A DNA stretch of 64,000 nt. Source: Piromyces finnis finn (lineage: Eukaryota > Fungi > Neocallimastigomycota). Below the pieces are notes generated by a model, which searched no databases, was not told where the DNA came from, and worked only from the letters and a program-made list of their open reading frames with translations. Location: contig MCFH01000058.1 in the NCBI GenBank assembly GCA_002104945.1, positions 124,001-188,000 of the forward strand, in the 5' to 3' direction. A program made the position numbers and the translations under genes. How positions within the stretch are numbered: the stretch's first letter is position 1; each line of letters starts with the position of its first letter. Below, in pieces: positions 36,701 through 48,896 of this stretch.

Positions 36701-38915
36701 ACTGGAGCACCATAAGGAGATTTAGAAGGCTTAATAAATCCTTTTCTCAAGTTCTCTTCGATATATTCCTTTAAAGTTTCTTGTTCCTGAAGGGTTAACG
36801 AATATAAGGGTCCATAGAATGGCACTGAATTTGGTTTTAAATCAATGGCGCAGTCATACACTCTGTGTGGTGGTAATTCTTCTGGTAGCTTTTCATCAAA
36901 AATCTCTTTAATTTCCATTAATTCATTTGGGATTCTGGGTTCCTTTTGATTATTATCTTCTTCACTAAAAAGTAAATCTTGTTCTGTGAAGTCCCTAATT
37001 ACATTGACTTCAATACATTGTTCTTCATCTAAATTAGGAGTTAATGTCGGAAATTCTAAGATAATTTCCTTATTAAAGTTAAAGGTGGCTTTATTACCCT
37101 TAAGCCAATTGTACCCAATGATGCCTGAATAGTTATTTAAGTTAATAACAAGGAATGTGATAGAACTATAGTAGTTTTGATAATGGATAGGTATCTCTGA
37201 AGTCTTTCCAAACACGGTAGATTTTCCATTAATGCCATGGACAAATTTAATCTCAGGATCTAGGGTGTATTGGATTCCATGTCGCTCAGCATAGTTCTTA
37301 TCAAGGAAACAGGCAAAAGCACCAGTGTCGATTAAAAATGGGGTAGGTATAGTTTTACTATTATTGATTAATTCAAAAGTAACTACAGGACATGTCTTTT
37401 CTTCTTGGGCTTCAGCACTAATAGTAGAAATATTGGTAGGATGGTCTTGTTGGTGTCTAATGTCGTTTTGACGTTTAAAACAATTATCTTCATTATGACC
37501 AATTCTTTTACAATATCCACAGCGTTCAAAGTTAGAGTTTCGGTTACGGATAACAACTGGAGTTTCACGAGAATGATTTGGAATAGGCCTAGATGGAGGG
37601 GTTTTGTAATTTCTCTGGTTATTTTTTCTTTGTCGGTGATTCATTTGTTGGAGTAAATGACGATCAAGTCGGACTGCAAGTTGAGCAAGATCATCTAGGG
37701 TTTCTGGAGGAGGGAAAATATTGTCGATTCTTTCTTGTAAACGACTATCTAAGCCTTGGTAAAAGTTGTCAGTTAAAAGGGTTTCGTCAGTATCTATAAA
37801 TACAGCGAGACGACGGAATTCGTTAACGTAATCTAACACATTACCAATTCCATGTTGGCGTAAACGTCTGAACTGACGTTGGTAGTGATATTCTAAATCG
37901 GGGTCACCAAAGGTGTTACGGATTCTCTTGATGAATCCTTCAGTATCTTGCTTAAGTAACGGATATCTTTCCAAAAGTTTACTAGTCCATTGATAGGCTT
38001 GTCCTCCCATATTGTTTAAAAGGTAGCTTACTTGCCTATCCGGGGTAGAGAAGCGATGAGAATAATTTGCGAAGTTTGTTTTACAATGAGCAATGTAAGA
38101 TTCCACCATAACTCTATCTCCAAAAAATCTTGGTGGACGTCTCATATTATCATCAACATCCATTGGCTCAGCTTCTTCTCTAACGGATCCTGAATCATCA
38201 AGTAGAGGTTCTTGTTCTTCCATATCGGCAGCAGCATAGGCTACATAGACGTCATTATTATTGCGACTCGTTTTGATCTTACTAAGAATAGTTAAATGTA
38301 CAGTAGTTATAATAATCCAAGGTATTCTGTTAAAATAGAATTGAGAATTATTATCAGGGGTTTGGCGAATAGGTTGAATTATTTTATTATTAAATAAGGT
38401 TTGATAAAAATTTAGAAAAGACAATAATAGAAATTTATTTAAAAATTTTACACAAGACTCTTTTATTAATAATTTAAGTTTAAAATTATATTTGATCTTT
38501 TATTAACATTGAAAAGTGGACTTTTTATAAGTCAGAATAATAAAAAGGTTTTTATAGAATTTGAAAATAATTCTCAATTGAAGCTTAACTAATTATTTTT
38601 TCTTTAACTATTTATACTAAAGCTTCAATTGAGGCTTTACAATTATTTTAATTTTTTATTAATAATAATTACTAATAATTACTAATTAAATAAAAATAAT
38701 TAATAATAAAGATTATAAAATTAATATTATTTCGAGAAGGTGTTATAATTCTTTTACTAAACTAAACTATTTATTCTTCTAAATTTTTCTATTTATTACT
38801 AATAACTAATTTATTAATAATTAAGATTCTTCTACAAAAATTATTTTATTATTTAATATTAATTAAAGTTAATTATAACAAAAAAATTTTCTTAACGTAA
38901 TGTAACGTATTGATA
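33735..38915 (-). mobile_element. Intact single-ORF Ty3/Gypsy (element Y) with TATCA...TGATA LTRs
   Basis: 564-bp direct repeats at 33735-34298 and 38352-38915, no differences seen. PPT GAGAAGGG at about 34301-34310. Imperfect TSD GATAA/GATAG. Confidence 0.95.
34330..38223 (-). CDS. Gag-Pol polyprotein, about 1297 aa, likely starting at MEEQEP
   Basis: Gag, CGYCKRIGHNEDNC, LIDTGA, YIDDI, ETDAS, H-H-C-C, DFITDLP, SDRGSQF, IGPF. Ends with no chromodomain. The longer ORF-track start lies inside the LTR. Confidence 0.93.
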   Translation of the reverse strand: MEEQEPLLDDSGSVREEAEPMDVDDNMRRPPRFFGDRVMVESYIAHCKTNFANYSHRFSTPDRQVSYLLNNMGGQAYQWTSKLLERYPLLKQDTEGFIKRIRNTFGDPDLEYHYQRQFRRLRQHGIGNVLDYVNEFRRLAVFIDTDETLLTDNFYQGLDSRLQERIDNIFPPPETLDDLAQLAVRLDRHLLQQMNHRQRKNNQRNYKTPPSRPIPNHSRETPVVIRNRNSNFERCGYCKRIGHNEDNCFKRQNDIRHQQDHPTNISTISAEAQEEKTCPVVTFELINNSKTIPTPFLIDTGAFACFLDKNYAERHGIQYTLDPEIKFVHGINGKSTVFGKTSEIPIHYQNYYSSITFLVINLNNYSGIIGYNWLKGNKATFNFNKEIILEFPTLTPNLDEEQCIEVNVIRDFTEQDLLFSEEDNNQKEPRIPNELMEIKEIFDEKLPEELPPHRVYDCAIDLKPNSVPFYGPLYSLTLQEQETLKEYIEENLRKGFIKPSKSPYGAPVLFVPKKDGTLRLCIDYRKLNQATIRNSYPLPLIKDLLDRVQGCSYFTKLDLPGAYNLVRIKDGDQAKTAFRTRFGHFEYEVMPFGLTNAPATFQYFLNDILTPVLDKFAFSYIDDILIFSKTREEHISHVKKVLRILLDNGLYCKLKKCEFFKSSVEFLGYQISDKGISMCQDKVAAIRDWPRPKTVKEVQQFLGLANFYRRFICNFSKIVQPLTKLTRKGQEFHWNKEQEAAFTMLKGAFTTDPILMIPDPIQPFIVETDASNYAVGAVLSQYDKNNKLHPCAFMSKGLKNAEVRYDIYDKELLAIISALKEWRNYLQGSKEPFKIFCDHKNLKFPKKPEVLSDRQIRWFEFLSKFNYEIVYCSGASNKKADILSRRPDLFIGLITSFNDNELFFDEIKKQYQFDLEIQNIINSIKVKGEFNKNYEIINDILYYNNRIYLPLNMRIPTIQKYHATPVAGHFGTKKTEELITRYYYWPKLHDDVDLFIKKCVICATRKETTHSPYGLNQLTETPSLPWTFINVDFITDLPESSGYTTIMNVVDQFSKMIHLIPVTGTPSAEDVANLFLQNIFRIHGLPHSITSDRGSQFTSHFWKKLLNLLKIECKYSTAHHHQSNGQVERLNGIVTQTLRCFAHDEPQLWSYYLPLVEFSINNSINATTKKSPFEIVYGYNLSFDPDLSFTSASNHAEFTTLDWKVHFNSIYNNINSSKLLYKENADKHRSEGPLFKIGDFVWVKQIPSLKKLKKFASRRIGPFKILEILSPVTFKLELPPNSKASDVVHIERLEKFL

Positions 38916-40742
38916 GATAGTTACACAGAAGAAATTTTTCAGCAAAATAATAATCATGAAAATAGTGATGATGGTTACACAGAAGAAATTTTTCAAGATG
39001 AAAATAATCTTAACAATTATGAAAATGATGTAATTATTCAAAATAAAAAATTAGTTACCGAGAATTCCAACAAAGATAATAATGAAAATATCAGCAATAA
39101 CAATAATAAAAGACCACTTTCACCTACTGAAGATACACATATTAGCAAATATAGAATTACAAATACAACTGAAGAAGAAAATATTTCTGAAAATATTGTA
39201 AACAACACTATTTATAATATTGACAATAACGATAAAAATTCTGAATGTAACACATTATTTTCTATTAATACTGAGGTTCCACTTACTTTCAATGATATAT
39301 TTAAAAGAGAAGATTGGAAAGAATGGAGACGCGCTATTAGAAATGAACTTTTTAATCTATACAATAATAAAGTTATGATATTTACCAAAAATATTCCAGA
39401 AAATACAAATGTTATCTCTACAAAATGGGTTTTTAACATAAAACGTGATTCGAACAATAAAATTTCAACATATAAAGCTAGACTTGTTGTTAGAGGATAC
39501 AAACAAAAATACGGAATTGATTATGACAATATCTACTCACCTACATTAGACATTGTTTGCATTAGACTCATTCTATCTTTAGCTGCAAAATTTAAATGGA
39601 ACACCTACCAACTAGATATTAAGGCCGCGTATTTAAATGCTCCATTAGACAAAAATGTTTATGTTTCTATTCCCCAAGGTGATAAAAACTACAATAAAGG
39701 TTTCTGGCTTCTTAAGAAATCGTTATATGGATTAAAACAATCAGGCCGTAATTGGAATATCACTATCTCTGAATTTCTCTCAAAAATTGGATTTACTCAA
39801 TGCAAATCGGAATCTTGTTTATTTTATAAAACTTTTGATAATTCTTTAACTTGTTTAATAGGTCTATACGTAGATGACATGATTATTTCTGGCACTAATC
39901 AGGAACTTATTAACACTATATTAAAAATTAAAAATAAATTTTCTATTTCAAAATGTGAAACTATTAATTTCATTTTAGGCATTCAGGTTGTACAGAAAAA
40001 CTTCAGTTACACTATTTCCCAAAAATCATATATTGAAAACATTTTATCAAAATATAATTTTAACAATATTAAAAAATCTAAAACCCCTTGTACTGGTGAA
40101 AATTATGTTTCTAAGAACAATTCTTTATTCGATAAAACTATCTACAAATCGGCTATTGGTTCTTTAATTCACTTAGCTAAATGCACTCGCCCTGACATTG
40201 CTTATGCTGTTAATAATGTCGCCAGATATTGTGAAAATCCTACTGTTAGTGACTGGCATAAAATCATTAATATATTTAAATATCTCAATTTTTCTATGGA
40301 CTACTCTATCACTTATGATGGATCTGGTGAATTTATTGCTTATTCTGATGCTGATTTTGGGGGAGACAAAAATGATAGAAAATCTACATCAGGCAATCTA
40401 ATTTGTATGGGAAATAAACCAATCTTTTGGTCATCAAAGAAACAAAAAGTAGTTGCTCTTTCAACAGCTGAAGCGGAACTTATAAGTACTTCAGAACTAA
40501 CAAGAAAAATCTTATGGCTAAGAAACATTTTTAAAGAAATTTTGAACAAAAATATAACAATAAAAATATATACAGATAATTTATCAAGCAAAAAGACAAT
40601 TGAAAATGGACAATTCAACAACAATATGAAACACATAGACTTAAGAGAACACTTTATCTTTGACGCTTTTAAAAATAATAAAATAATTTTAGAATATATA
40701 AAATCTGAAAATATGCTTGCTGATACATTAACCAAAAAATGA
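38916..40742 (+). pseudogene. Copia RT-RNase H (3' part of the same polyprotein)
   Basis: YKARLVVRG, QLDIKAAYLN, LYGLKQS, YVDDM, YSDADF, STAEAE, KHID. Confidence 0.93.
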
Positions 40743-41262
40743 CTAAATTCACAAACTTAATTTTTAATAAACAAAATAAATAATTAAGTTTGAGGGGAAG
40801 TGAAAGAATAGAATTTAGCTAGAACTTAAATTACTAATAAAAATTTATATTACTAATATTAAACTTTAATTAATAATAAAATTATAATGTAATTACTAAT
40901 GTAATGTTTCTTAGAATAATCGTAGCATATAGTATTACTAATTTACATTAGCCACATACTTTAGTATAAAAAGGAATTTGTAAATGTATTATTAAAATCT
41001 TTGTAATTACCTTTATTAAATTAAATTTAATAAACATAATAAATAAACTTTATTAAACCTAAATTTACTTTTCAATATATCTACATTATTCTTTTACATT
41101 ACATGCTCTTACATTAGTCATACATTTGTATTATATTCTTATACATTGTAGAAATAATTAATATTATATTATAGAAAAACTATATCAATTTAATATTAGG
41201 AAATAAATTACTAGTATAATAATAATAATAATAGGTTCAAGTCACATATTATTTTTATATCA

Positions 41263-41580
41263 TTATGTAAAAAGAATTAAACTTTACACAATATATATTT
41301 TATTAATAATTTTATTAATTACGTTTCAATATTTCTCTTTTCCCCAAATACTACAAACTTTTATCCTATCATTTTTAACTATTTAAACTTTACTAAAGCA
41401 AGAATCCCATTTAATAATAATTATTCTTATACTAATGGGGCTTACTTAATAATTAGTTGTCCAATGATAAGGCTGGAACTATATGGATTATACATTTACA
41501 TTACATCTTTTTTACATAAATTAAGATTATATTAGTCTTTATATAATAATATGTTTAGGTCACCTATTATTTTTATATCA
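41263..41580 (-). repeat. Remainder of an older X-family LTR (its first bases are at about 30790-30801) into which the previous LTR inserted
   Basis: TTATGTAAAAAGAATTAAACTTT... to ...TATTATTTTTATATCA, diverged, with internal deletions. Confidence 0.7.
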
Positions 41581-42240
41581 TTCAATATTACATGTATTAT
41601 CAAATTCCATAGCTAAAATTTTATAGTTTTTAAATTGTAATCTTTTCACCTAAAACATATGATCCAATAAAGTTAATTGATGAATCTGGTGGATTTAATC
41701 CATAATAAGATACTTGTCCTTTCATTATTTCTTCCAATTTTTCTAGTGATACTTTAACATTAAAATTAAATTTGTTTTTATTCATTTCATTAAACCTGTT
41801 ATTTCATTATAATTATCGAAATTTGGAGTGACAGACTTAAAACTCTTGAATATGAGGAATAAAACTATAAAATAAAAAAAAAAAAAAAAAAAATGAAAAA
41901 AAAAATAATAAATAAATAAAAGATTACTAAATTAACCGCATTTTAAATCAGAACCTTTTTTATTATTATATTTTTCTAGCATCAACAATACTTTTTTTCT
42001 TATTTATTTTTACTAGCTGAGTCCATTCATTTTATAATAGTAAAAAAAAAAGTAACTACCATAAATTAAAAGCAAGGCAAATAAAAAATTTAAAATTACA
42101 TTTAATGATTTTTTTTTTAGAGTTCAATAATGTTGATAATTTTAAATATATTTGTATATTTATATTTATTTATTTTATTAAAGAATGGATTAAAAATAAA
42201 GAAAAGTTAAAATGAAAAAAAAAAAATCTTTTTTTTTTAA

Positions 42241-44150
42241 TTAATTATTTAAATAAGCTTCGTATAAAGCATTTAAAAAGTTTGGATCATTCTACATCAA
42301 AATAAAAATATTAATAATAATATTGAAACATATATCGAAGCAATTGATTAGAAAAATAACCATTAATATTATAGGTTTTCATTAAAAGGTTAACAAAAGA
42401 TTAATTTAGTAATATCGTTTCCAAATTAAATTTATTAAAAAAGAATATATATATAAAATATTTATATAAATAGAATAAAAATATATATGTATAAAATATA
42501 TATGTATGTATATAGAGTATATATATTTATAAAATGTTAGTTTTTTTGATAAGTAAATTTATATTATTTGTTCAATAAAATTTAAAATGAATTTATTTAT
42601 AGGTTTTAATTATTATTATTATTATTATTATTATTGTTGTTGTTGTTGTTGTTGTTATTATTAATAGTAGTAGTAGTAGTAGTAGTAGTAATAGTAGTAA
42701 TAGTAGTAATGTATTAACAAAATATATATATATAAGTTACCTTCACTAAATGAAGAATTAAGTTTTGGAATTCATAGCGTTGTAATTTACGATTATTAGA
42801 CGTTCCTGACATATAGTTACACCATGTCCATATATCATCTAAGCTATGGAATGACATTGGTAGAGATTGTGGAGCGATTGGTTGAGCCAATTGTAACTGA
42901 GATAATTGAGATTGAGGAGGTTGTGGACTAGTAATTACATATTGAGGAGAAGAAGAAATGTATGGAATTGAAGTATTTATTGGCTAATATTTAATCATAA
43001 AAAATATGAATACGGTTAGATATTATATAATAGATGAAATAAATAAATATAGAGAGAAAAACAAATTAATAAATATACATATATATAATTTTTTTTTACA
43101 TTATTATAATTATCATTTATATATATCATATATCATATAATAATAATAATAATAATAATAATAAGCTTATGTCTAATCTTGTTTAAAAATAAATAATTAT
43201 TTCTATTCTATTTTAAATTATTTCATACTTGTTTTTTTCAAAATCCTTTTCTTAAAATTATTAACAAAATTTTAAAGAAAGGGCTGATATATATAAAATA
43301 AACAAATAAAAACTTACAATAGGTGGTGGTTGATAAAGTTGTGGTTGAAATTGTAATATTGGTTGAGTAAGTGGAAGGGTAGGAAGTGTATAGAATGGGG
43401 GTACAGAAGTTTGTATAGAATCTGTTTTTAATGGAGCACTTGTAACCTGAATTTGTTGTCTATCCATTTTAGCCTTTTGAAGTAATGACATAATATCAGC
43501 ATTAGCTTGTTGACTTGGTGATGATGTTTTAGCTATTTTTGAACGACTCTTTTCTTGTTTGACTTCTCTATTATATTCCAAATAATAACAATAATAATAA
43601 AGAAGAAGAAAGAAAGTAAAAAAAAAAAAAAGGAGGAAATAATGGTTTTAATATTTATTTATAGTGATGATAACAATAATATTTTATTAAAAGAAAGAAG
43701 AACCGGATTTTAATAATTTATATATATATTAATTTAAATATTTATTTTGTTATTTATTATTACTATTATAATTCATAGTATAAAAATATAATTTTTATAT
43801 TTTTAATGCATACTCTTGTAATAAAGCACCAACTCTTTCTCTATCTTTTGCTTCGTATATCCATAATCCATTAACATCATCTTTATTAAAAATAAAGTTA
43901 TAAATATATTTATATTTATTGTTTAAGACCATTAATATAATAGTAATAAATAGAAGAAAAATTATTTTATTTCATAAAACAAAAATATAATATAAAATTA
44001 ATAATTGTATTATGTGAAATTGTTTTTGAACAGAAATATAATATGAAATAAATAATTGTATTATGTGAAATTGTTTTTGATGCTATCACAAAGTATTTGT
44101 AATTTTTAATAGTTTACAAATATGTTTATATAAAATGGATGATTCATGCA

Positions 44151-44194
<44 letters not shown>

Positions 44195-44795
44195 ATCCAA
44201 ATATTGATATAATAATAATGATATAAAGAATATTAGAAAAAAAAAAATTTTTTTTTTACTTACCATCAGCTGTTTTATAAATAACAAAATCTCCTGAAAT
44301 TTCAATTTCCATATTTGATGTAATATACACTATTAAATTATCTGGTGTAAGTCTATTCATGACCAAAAATCCAGTTGTTGGTTCCTTTGTTCTTCTAAAA
44401 ATAAACATGGTACCTTCAATACCTTTTTTTTTCTATTGAAATGGTGTATACCCATTATATTATTTTAAATATTACAGGATATAAATTAATAACAAATTAT
44501 TAAATTATTATTCAATATTATAATATATTGTTGTTATTATTATTTTAAATTAGATTTTATTTTATTTTATTTTATTTTATTTTATTTTTTTTTTTTTTTT
44601 GAAATTTAAAAGTAAAAATCAAACATAAAAATAATATTATTATATAAAATTAGTTGATGAATTTACCCATGTTTGAAGACTTGGTTCAAAGCTATAGACG
44701 ACAACATGTGAGGAACTTTCTATAATAGTCGTTATACTATTATCATATCTTTTTAATACACTAAGATTAATAGCATGTTTTTGTGCTGTATCCAT
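42241..44795 (-). CDS. DCP1: mRNA-decapping enzyme subunit 1, 6 exons, about 302 aa
   Basis: Exons 44795-44667, 44432-44264, 43880-43814, 43567-43318, 42983-42741, 42291-42241, all GT-AG and phase-consistent. EVH1-type motifs INLSVLKRYD, GIEGTMFIF, VMNRL, GLWIY. Confidence 0.92.
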
Positions 44796-47700
44796 TTTAT
44801 TTTTTTTAAATTTTAATTATTTTCTTTATTAAAAAAGTGTTTTTTGTTTTTATTATTATTGTTAATTTTTATAAACAATTCTTTAAATAAACAGAATAGT
44901 TTTTTTTTTTTTTTTTTACTTTCTCTTTAATCAAATAAAATATAAAATAAATGCTATTAAAGGAGATAAATGAATAATAATAATAATAATTAATAATAAT
45001 TAATAGATATTAATTTCAGAAAATATATAAATTAATAATAAAAGAAAAAAATACCTTTTATTAATATATCTCTATTATTTTATTTTAAAATACAATTTTA
45101 ATAGAAAAAAGGGTATTTTCAATAATAAAATAATAATTGTATTAACAATTTATTTTTATTTTATATATATTCATATATACATATAAAATAAAATATAAAT
45201 CTTTTTAAAAAGACTTTCTTTTTATGTTTATATATATAATATAAAAATATATATTTAATAGTTTTTTTTTCTGTGATTCCACTATTTAAAAATTAATTTT
45301 TTTTTTTTTTAGCTTTTTAGTTTTTGTTATTACAATAAACAATTTTAAAATGGAATGAAATTTTGAAGAAAAAAAAAAAAAAAGAAAAAAAAAATAATAA
45401 AATATATATTATTTAATTAAAATTATATTAAATCTTCTTTTCCTTTTTTTATTTCACCTTTTTTTAAAAAAAAAAAGATATTTATAAACAAAAAATTTTT
45501 TTTTCTTCCTTTCTTTTTATTACTCAAAAAAAAAAAAAAAAAAAAAAAAAACTTCTTTTTAATATTTTAGTATTTTGTATTTTTATTTATTATTTTGTTT
45601 TTTTTTTTTTATATTTTAATTAGAAAAAAGTTTTCTAATAATTATAAGATAAAAATTAAAAAAAATTATAAATAAATAAACATTTTTTTTATCAATGCTT
45701 TTTTAATTAAAAAATTTTTAAAATTGAAGAATTTTAATAATTATTATTTTAAAATAAAGTTAATAATCCTTATTGTATTTAAAATCTATTTAAATAGTTA
45801 AAATATAATTTATTTAGTTTAAAAAAAAAAGATAATAAATTATAATTATCTTTTTTTTTTTAAAGTTTTAAATATATTATAATAAATGTAAAATGAATAT
45901 CAAAATTAAAAAAAAAAAAGTAGATGTGGTAGGGAATGATTGACAAAAGTGGGAAAAAATAAATTAAAAAAAATATTAATATATAGAATTTTTTTATTTA
46001 ATTAGTTTTGATCAGTAAACTATTTTTAAAACTTCATTTCATTAAATTTACGCTAATTGTATAAATTATAACTATTTTAAAGTTTTTTTTAAAAAAAAAA
46101 TAAAAAAATAAAATATTACAAATAAAAAGAAAAAGTATTTTCGTAATTATTTTATATAAATTAGTATTAAAAAGTTTTATATAATATAATTTTTAATTAT
46201 AAACAATTATATTTATTATTTTTATTTAAAAAAAACTATTATACCTTACGGCGGTTCTTTTCTTTTTATAATATTTTGACCTTTCCCCAAATACAATCAT
46301 GAATAAAATAAAAATTTTTTAATTGAAAAATTTTTTAAATTAAAAAAATGGATGATTCACCAAATTTATTTTAATTAATAAAATTTAAAAAAAAAAAATT
46401 TTTTTTGTAATTATTTTTATTATTGAAAGTTAAAGTTTTTTATTTCTTTTTTTTTTTTTCTTAGAAAAAAAGAAACATTAACTTCCTCAATAAATATGTT
46501 ATATACGCATATAAAAGAAAACATAAAAGATATAAAAGATATTAAAACTTTATTCAATATTACTATTATTTTATTATTATAACAAATCAACCATTGGTAT
46601 AAGTTTATTATTTTGATTTGAAGAAATAATCAATAGTAATATTCTTTTTAGTATATAGTTTTATGATTTTTAATTATCAAGCATCTATTCTTAAAATCTT
46701 TAGATAAAAAAAATTTATAATCCCAAAAATCATTCTAATTTTAAAATGATGTTGATATTAACACTGGTATTTTAAATATTTTTTAAACAACAATATACGT
46801 GGTAATTATAGAAAACACACAATAAATCAAACAATCATGAATTTTCTTTTTATTTGAAATAAAGAAATTCATACAGAATATTATCCTAAATAAAATATTT
46901 CCATTTACTTTATATTCCAATAACAACAATTATAATAATCATAATAATGTACTGATGATTTATTTACATTAATGTCATTATTCTTAACTCTTTTCATCAA
47001 AAAAAAGTGTAACCCAACAATTCAAATATTATATAAAAATATATTATTTAATATAATTACAATATATTAAATATGTTTATGATTGGATAATAAACTTAAT
47101 CTTTAAACTTTAATCATTAAAATTTATATTGAACAATAAACAATTAAAAAAATTGACAGTAACAATAAAAAAACTTTTTTTGAATATAAATAAAACAAAT
47201 GTTTCTATACTATTTTATTGTGAAAAGTGTATTGTTTAAAGATTTAAATTCCTTTTTTTTATTTATAGAAAGACATTTTTTTTATATTTTTTTTATAATG
47301 AAAAAGTAAAAAAAAAAAAAAAGTAATTTTCTTTTTTTTTTCTTTAAACTATAAACATTTTTTTTATTAATTTAATTTATAATTCGTGGCTTATAATTTT
47401 CTTTTTCTTTTTTTTCTTTTTAAATAAAAGCTTTCCTTTTTTTATTTATTATAAAAAACTAAAATTAAAAGCATTCTTTTTTCATTTACTTATTCTTTTT
47501 CTTAAAAGCTTTCTTTTTTTTTTTTTAACTTTTTCAATATTGCATTTTTTTTTCTTTTTACTTTTTTTGTATTTAAAAAAAATTAATAAAAAAAGAAACT
47601 TTAATTATTAATAAAAATTCCATTTTTTGATTTGATTCTTTTTATTATTTTTAATATAAAAAATTTTTTTTAATTATTTTAATAAATAAATGTAGATGGA

Positions 47701-48896
47701 TGAATAATTATTTAATTTGATAAATGTATATTAGAAATATAAGTGAATGAATGATTATTTAATTAAATAAATAAATTTATTAATTCTATGGTGAAAGTGT
47801 AAAAAAACCAAAATTAGCATTTTTTTTTAAAAAAAAAGGATCGAAATGAAAATTTCATTTCATCACTTTATACGCAATTAATTATTTATTAGTAGGAGAA
47901 AAAAAAAAAGTGAAGTGAAAAATAATAATAAATGTTATAAACTATTATTGTTTAAAAAAAAAAACTATAGAAAAATAAAATAAAGGAAACAAAGAAAAAA
48001 AAAAAAATCACAAAATAATAATAATAAAAAAAATAAACAAATCAATTTGTCTTTATCCAACTATAAACAATAAAATCTAATTTAATCAAATTATTGTTAT
48101 CGTTATTTTTCTTTTATTATTATTATTCTTTATAAAAATATATATATTCATTATTGTTTATTATTTTGTTATAAAAAATAAACAATAAAAAAAATAAAAA
48201 TAAAAATAAAATTGTATATATATATTATTTCGTAAATAAGATACCTTTTGATATATTAAATACCTAATATTCCAACTGTTTAATTTATATTTGTAAAAAA
48301 ATATATATATACCATTAATATTTATTTTGTATATTATTGTAAGTTTTCAACAAGAAATTTATATATATATATATATTAAAAGATGAAATTAAAAAAATAA
48401 TTACAATAAAATGGATGATAGTATACATATAATGTATATAATATATAAATAAAACAAGTTTTGAAATTCTAAAGAATTCGAAATACAAACAAACAAAACA
48501 AATAAACAAAACTCTTTTTTTTTTTTTTTAACTTAAATAAGAAATCCCTTTTTAAAAAATATAAAATTTAAATATATAAAAAAGAATAATCTATATAAAC
48601 ACAACTATTTATTAGTTTAATGTAAAACAATTCAATCAATTAAGAAAAAGAAAAGCAAAATATACACAAGATAAATATAAATAAATAAAAATAATATATA
48701 TATTATTACAAATAATAAAAAAAATTTTTTTTTTCAAAATAACTATCTTTACTAACTCTAATTTATTTAATATATATTTATTTAACTTTTCTTACTTTTC
48801 CTATTCAATAACAATTATTAAAGAAAAAAAATAAAAACAAATTGAAATTGTAAAATTATATTTTGTTAATTATTATCCATTGATTAGAGTACAAAA

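Larger units (their letters stand above)
31048..41074 (+). mobile_element. Ty1/Copia retrotransposon with a nested Gypsy; inactivated
   Basis: 274-bp LTRs TGAAA...TTTCA at 31048-31321 and 40801-41074 with 2 differences seen. 5-bp TSD ATATA. PPT GAGGGGAAG at 40792-40800. Domain order gag-PR-IN-RT-RH. Confidence 0.96.
30802..41262 (-). mobile_element. Solo LTR of the element X family, split by the Copia insertion; 4-bp TSD TTAT
   Basis: 30802-31047 and 41080-41262 together give an X-like LTR (TGATA...TATCA). TTAT at 30798-30801 and 41263-41266. Confidence 0.85.

Noticed and set aside
41600-42030. Possible spliced gene remnant on the minus strand (…NPPDSSINFIGSYVLG, vaguely nucleotidyltransferase/Nrap-like; intron-like segment about 41866-41936)
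   Set aside because: Could not assemble a continuous frame, and the similarity rests on one short motif. Needs a translated search.
46560-47000. Slightly less AT-rich patch that might be a decayed gene
   Set aside because: Stops in all frames and no recognisable motif.
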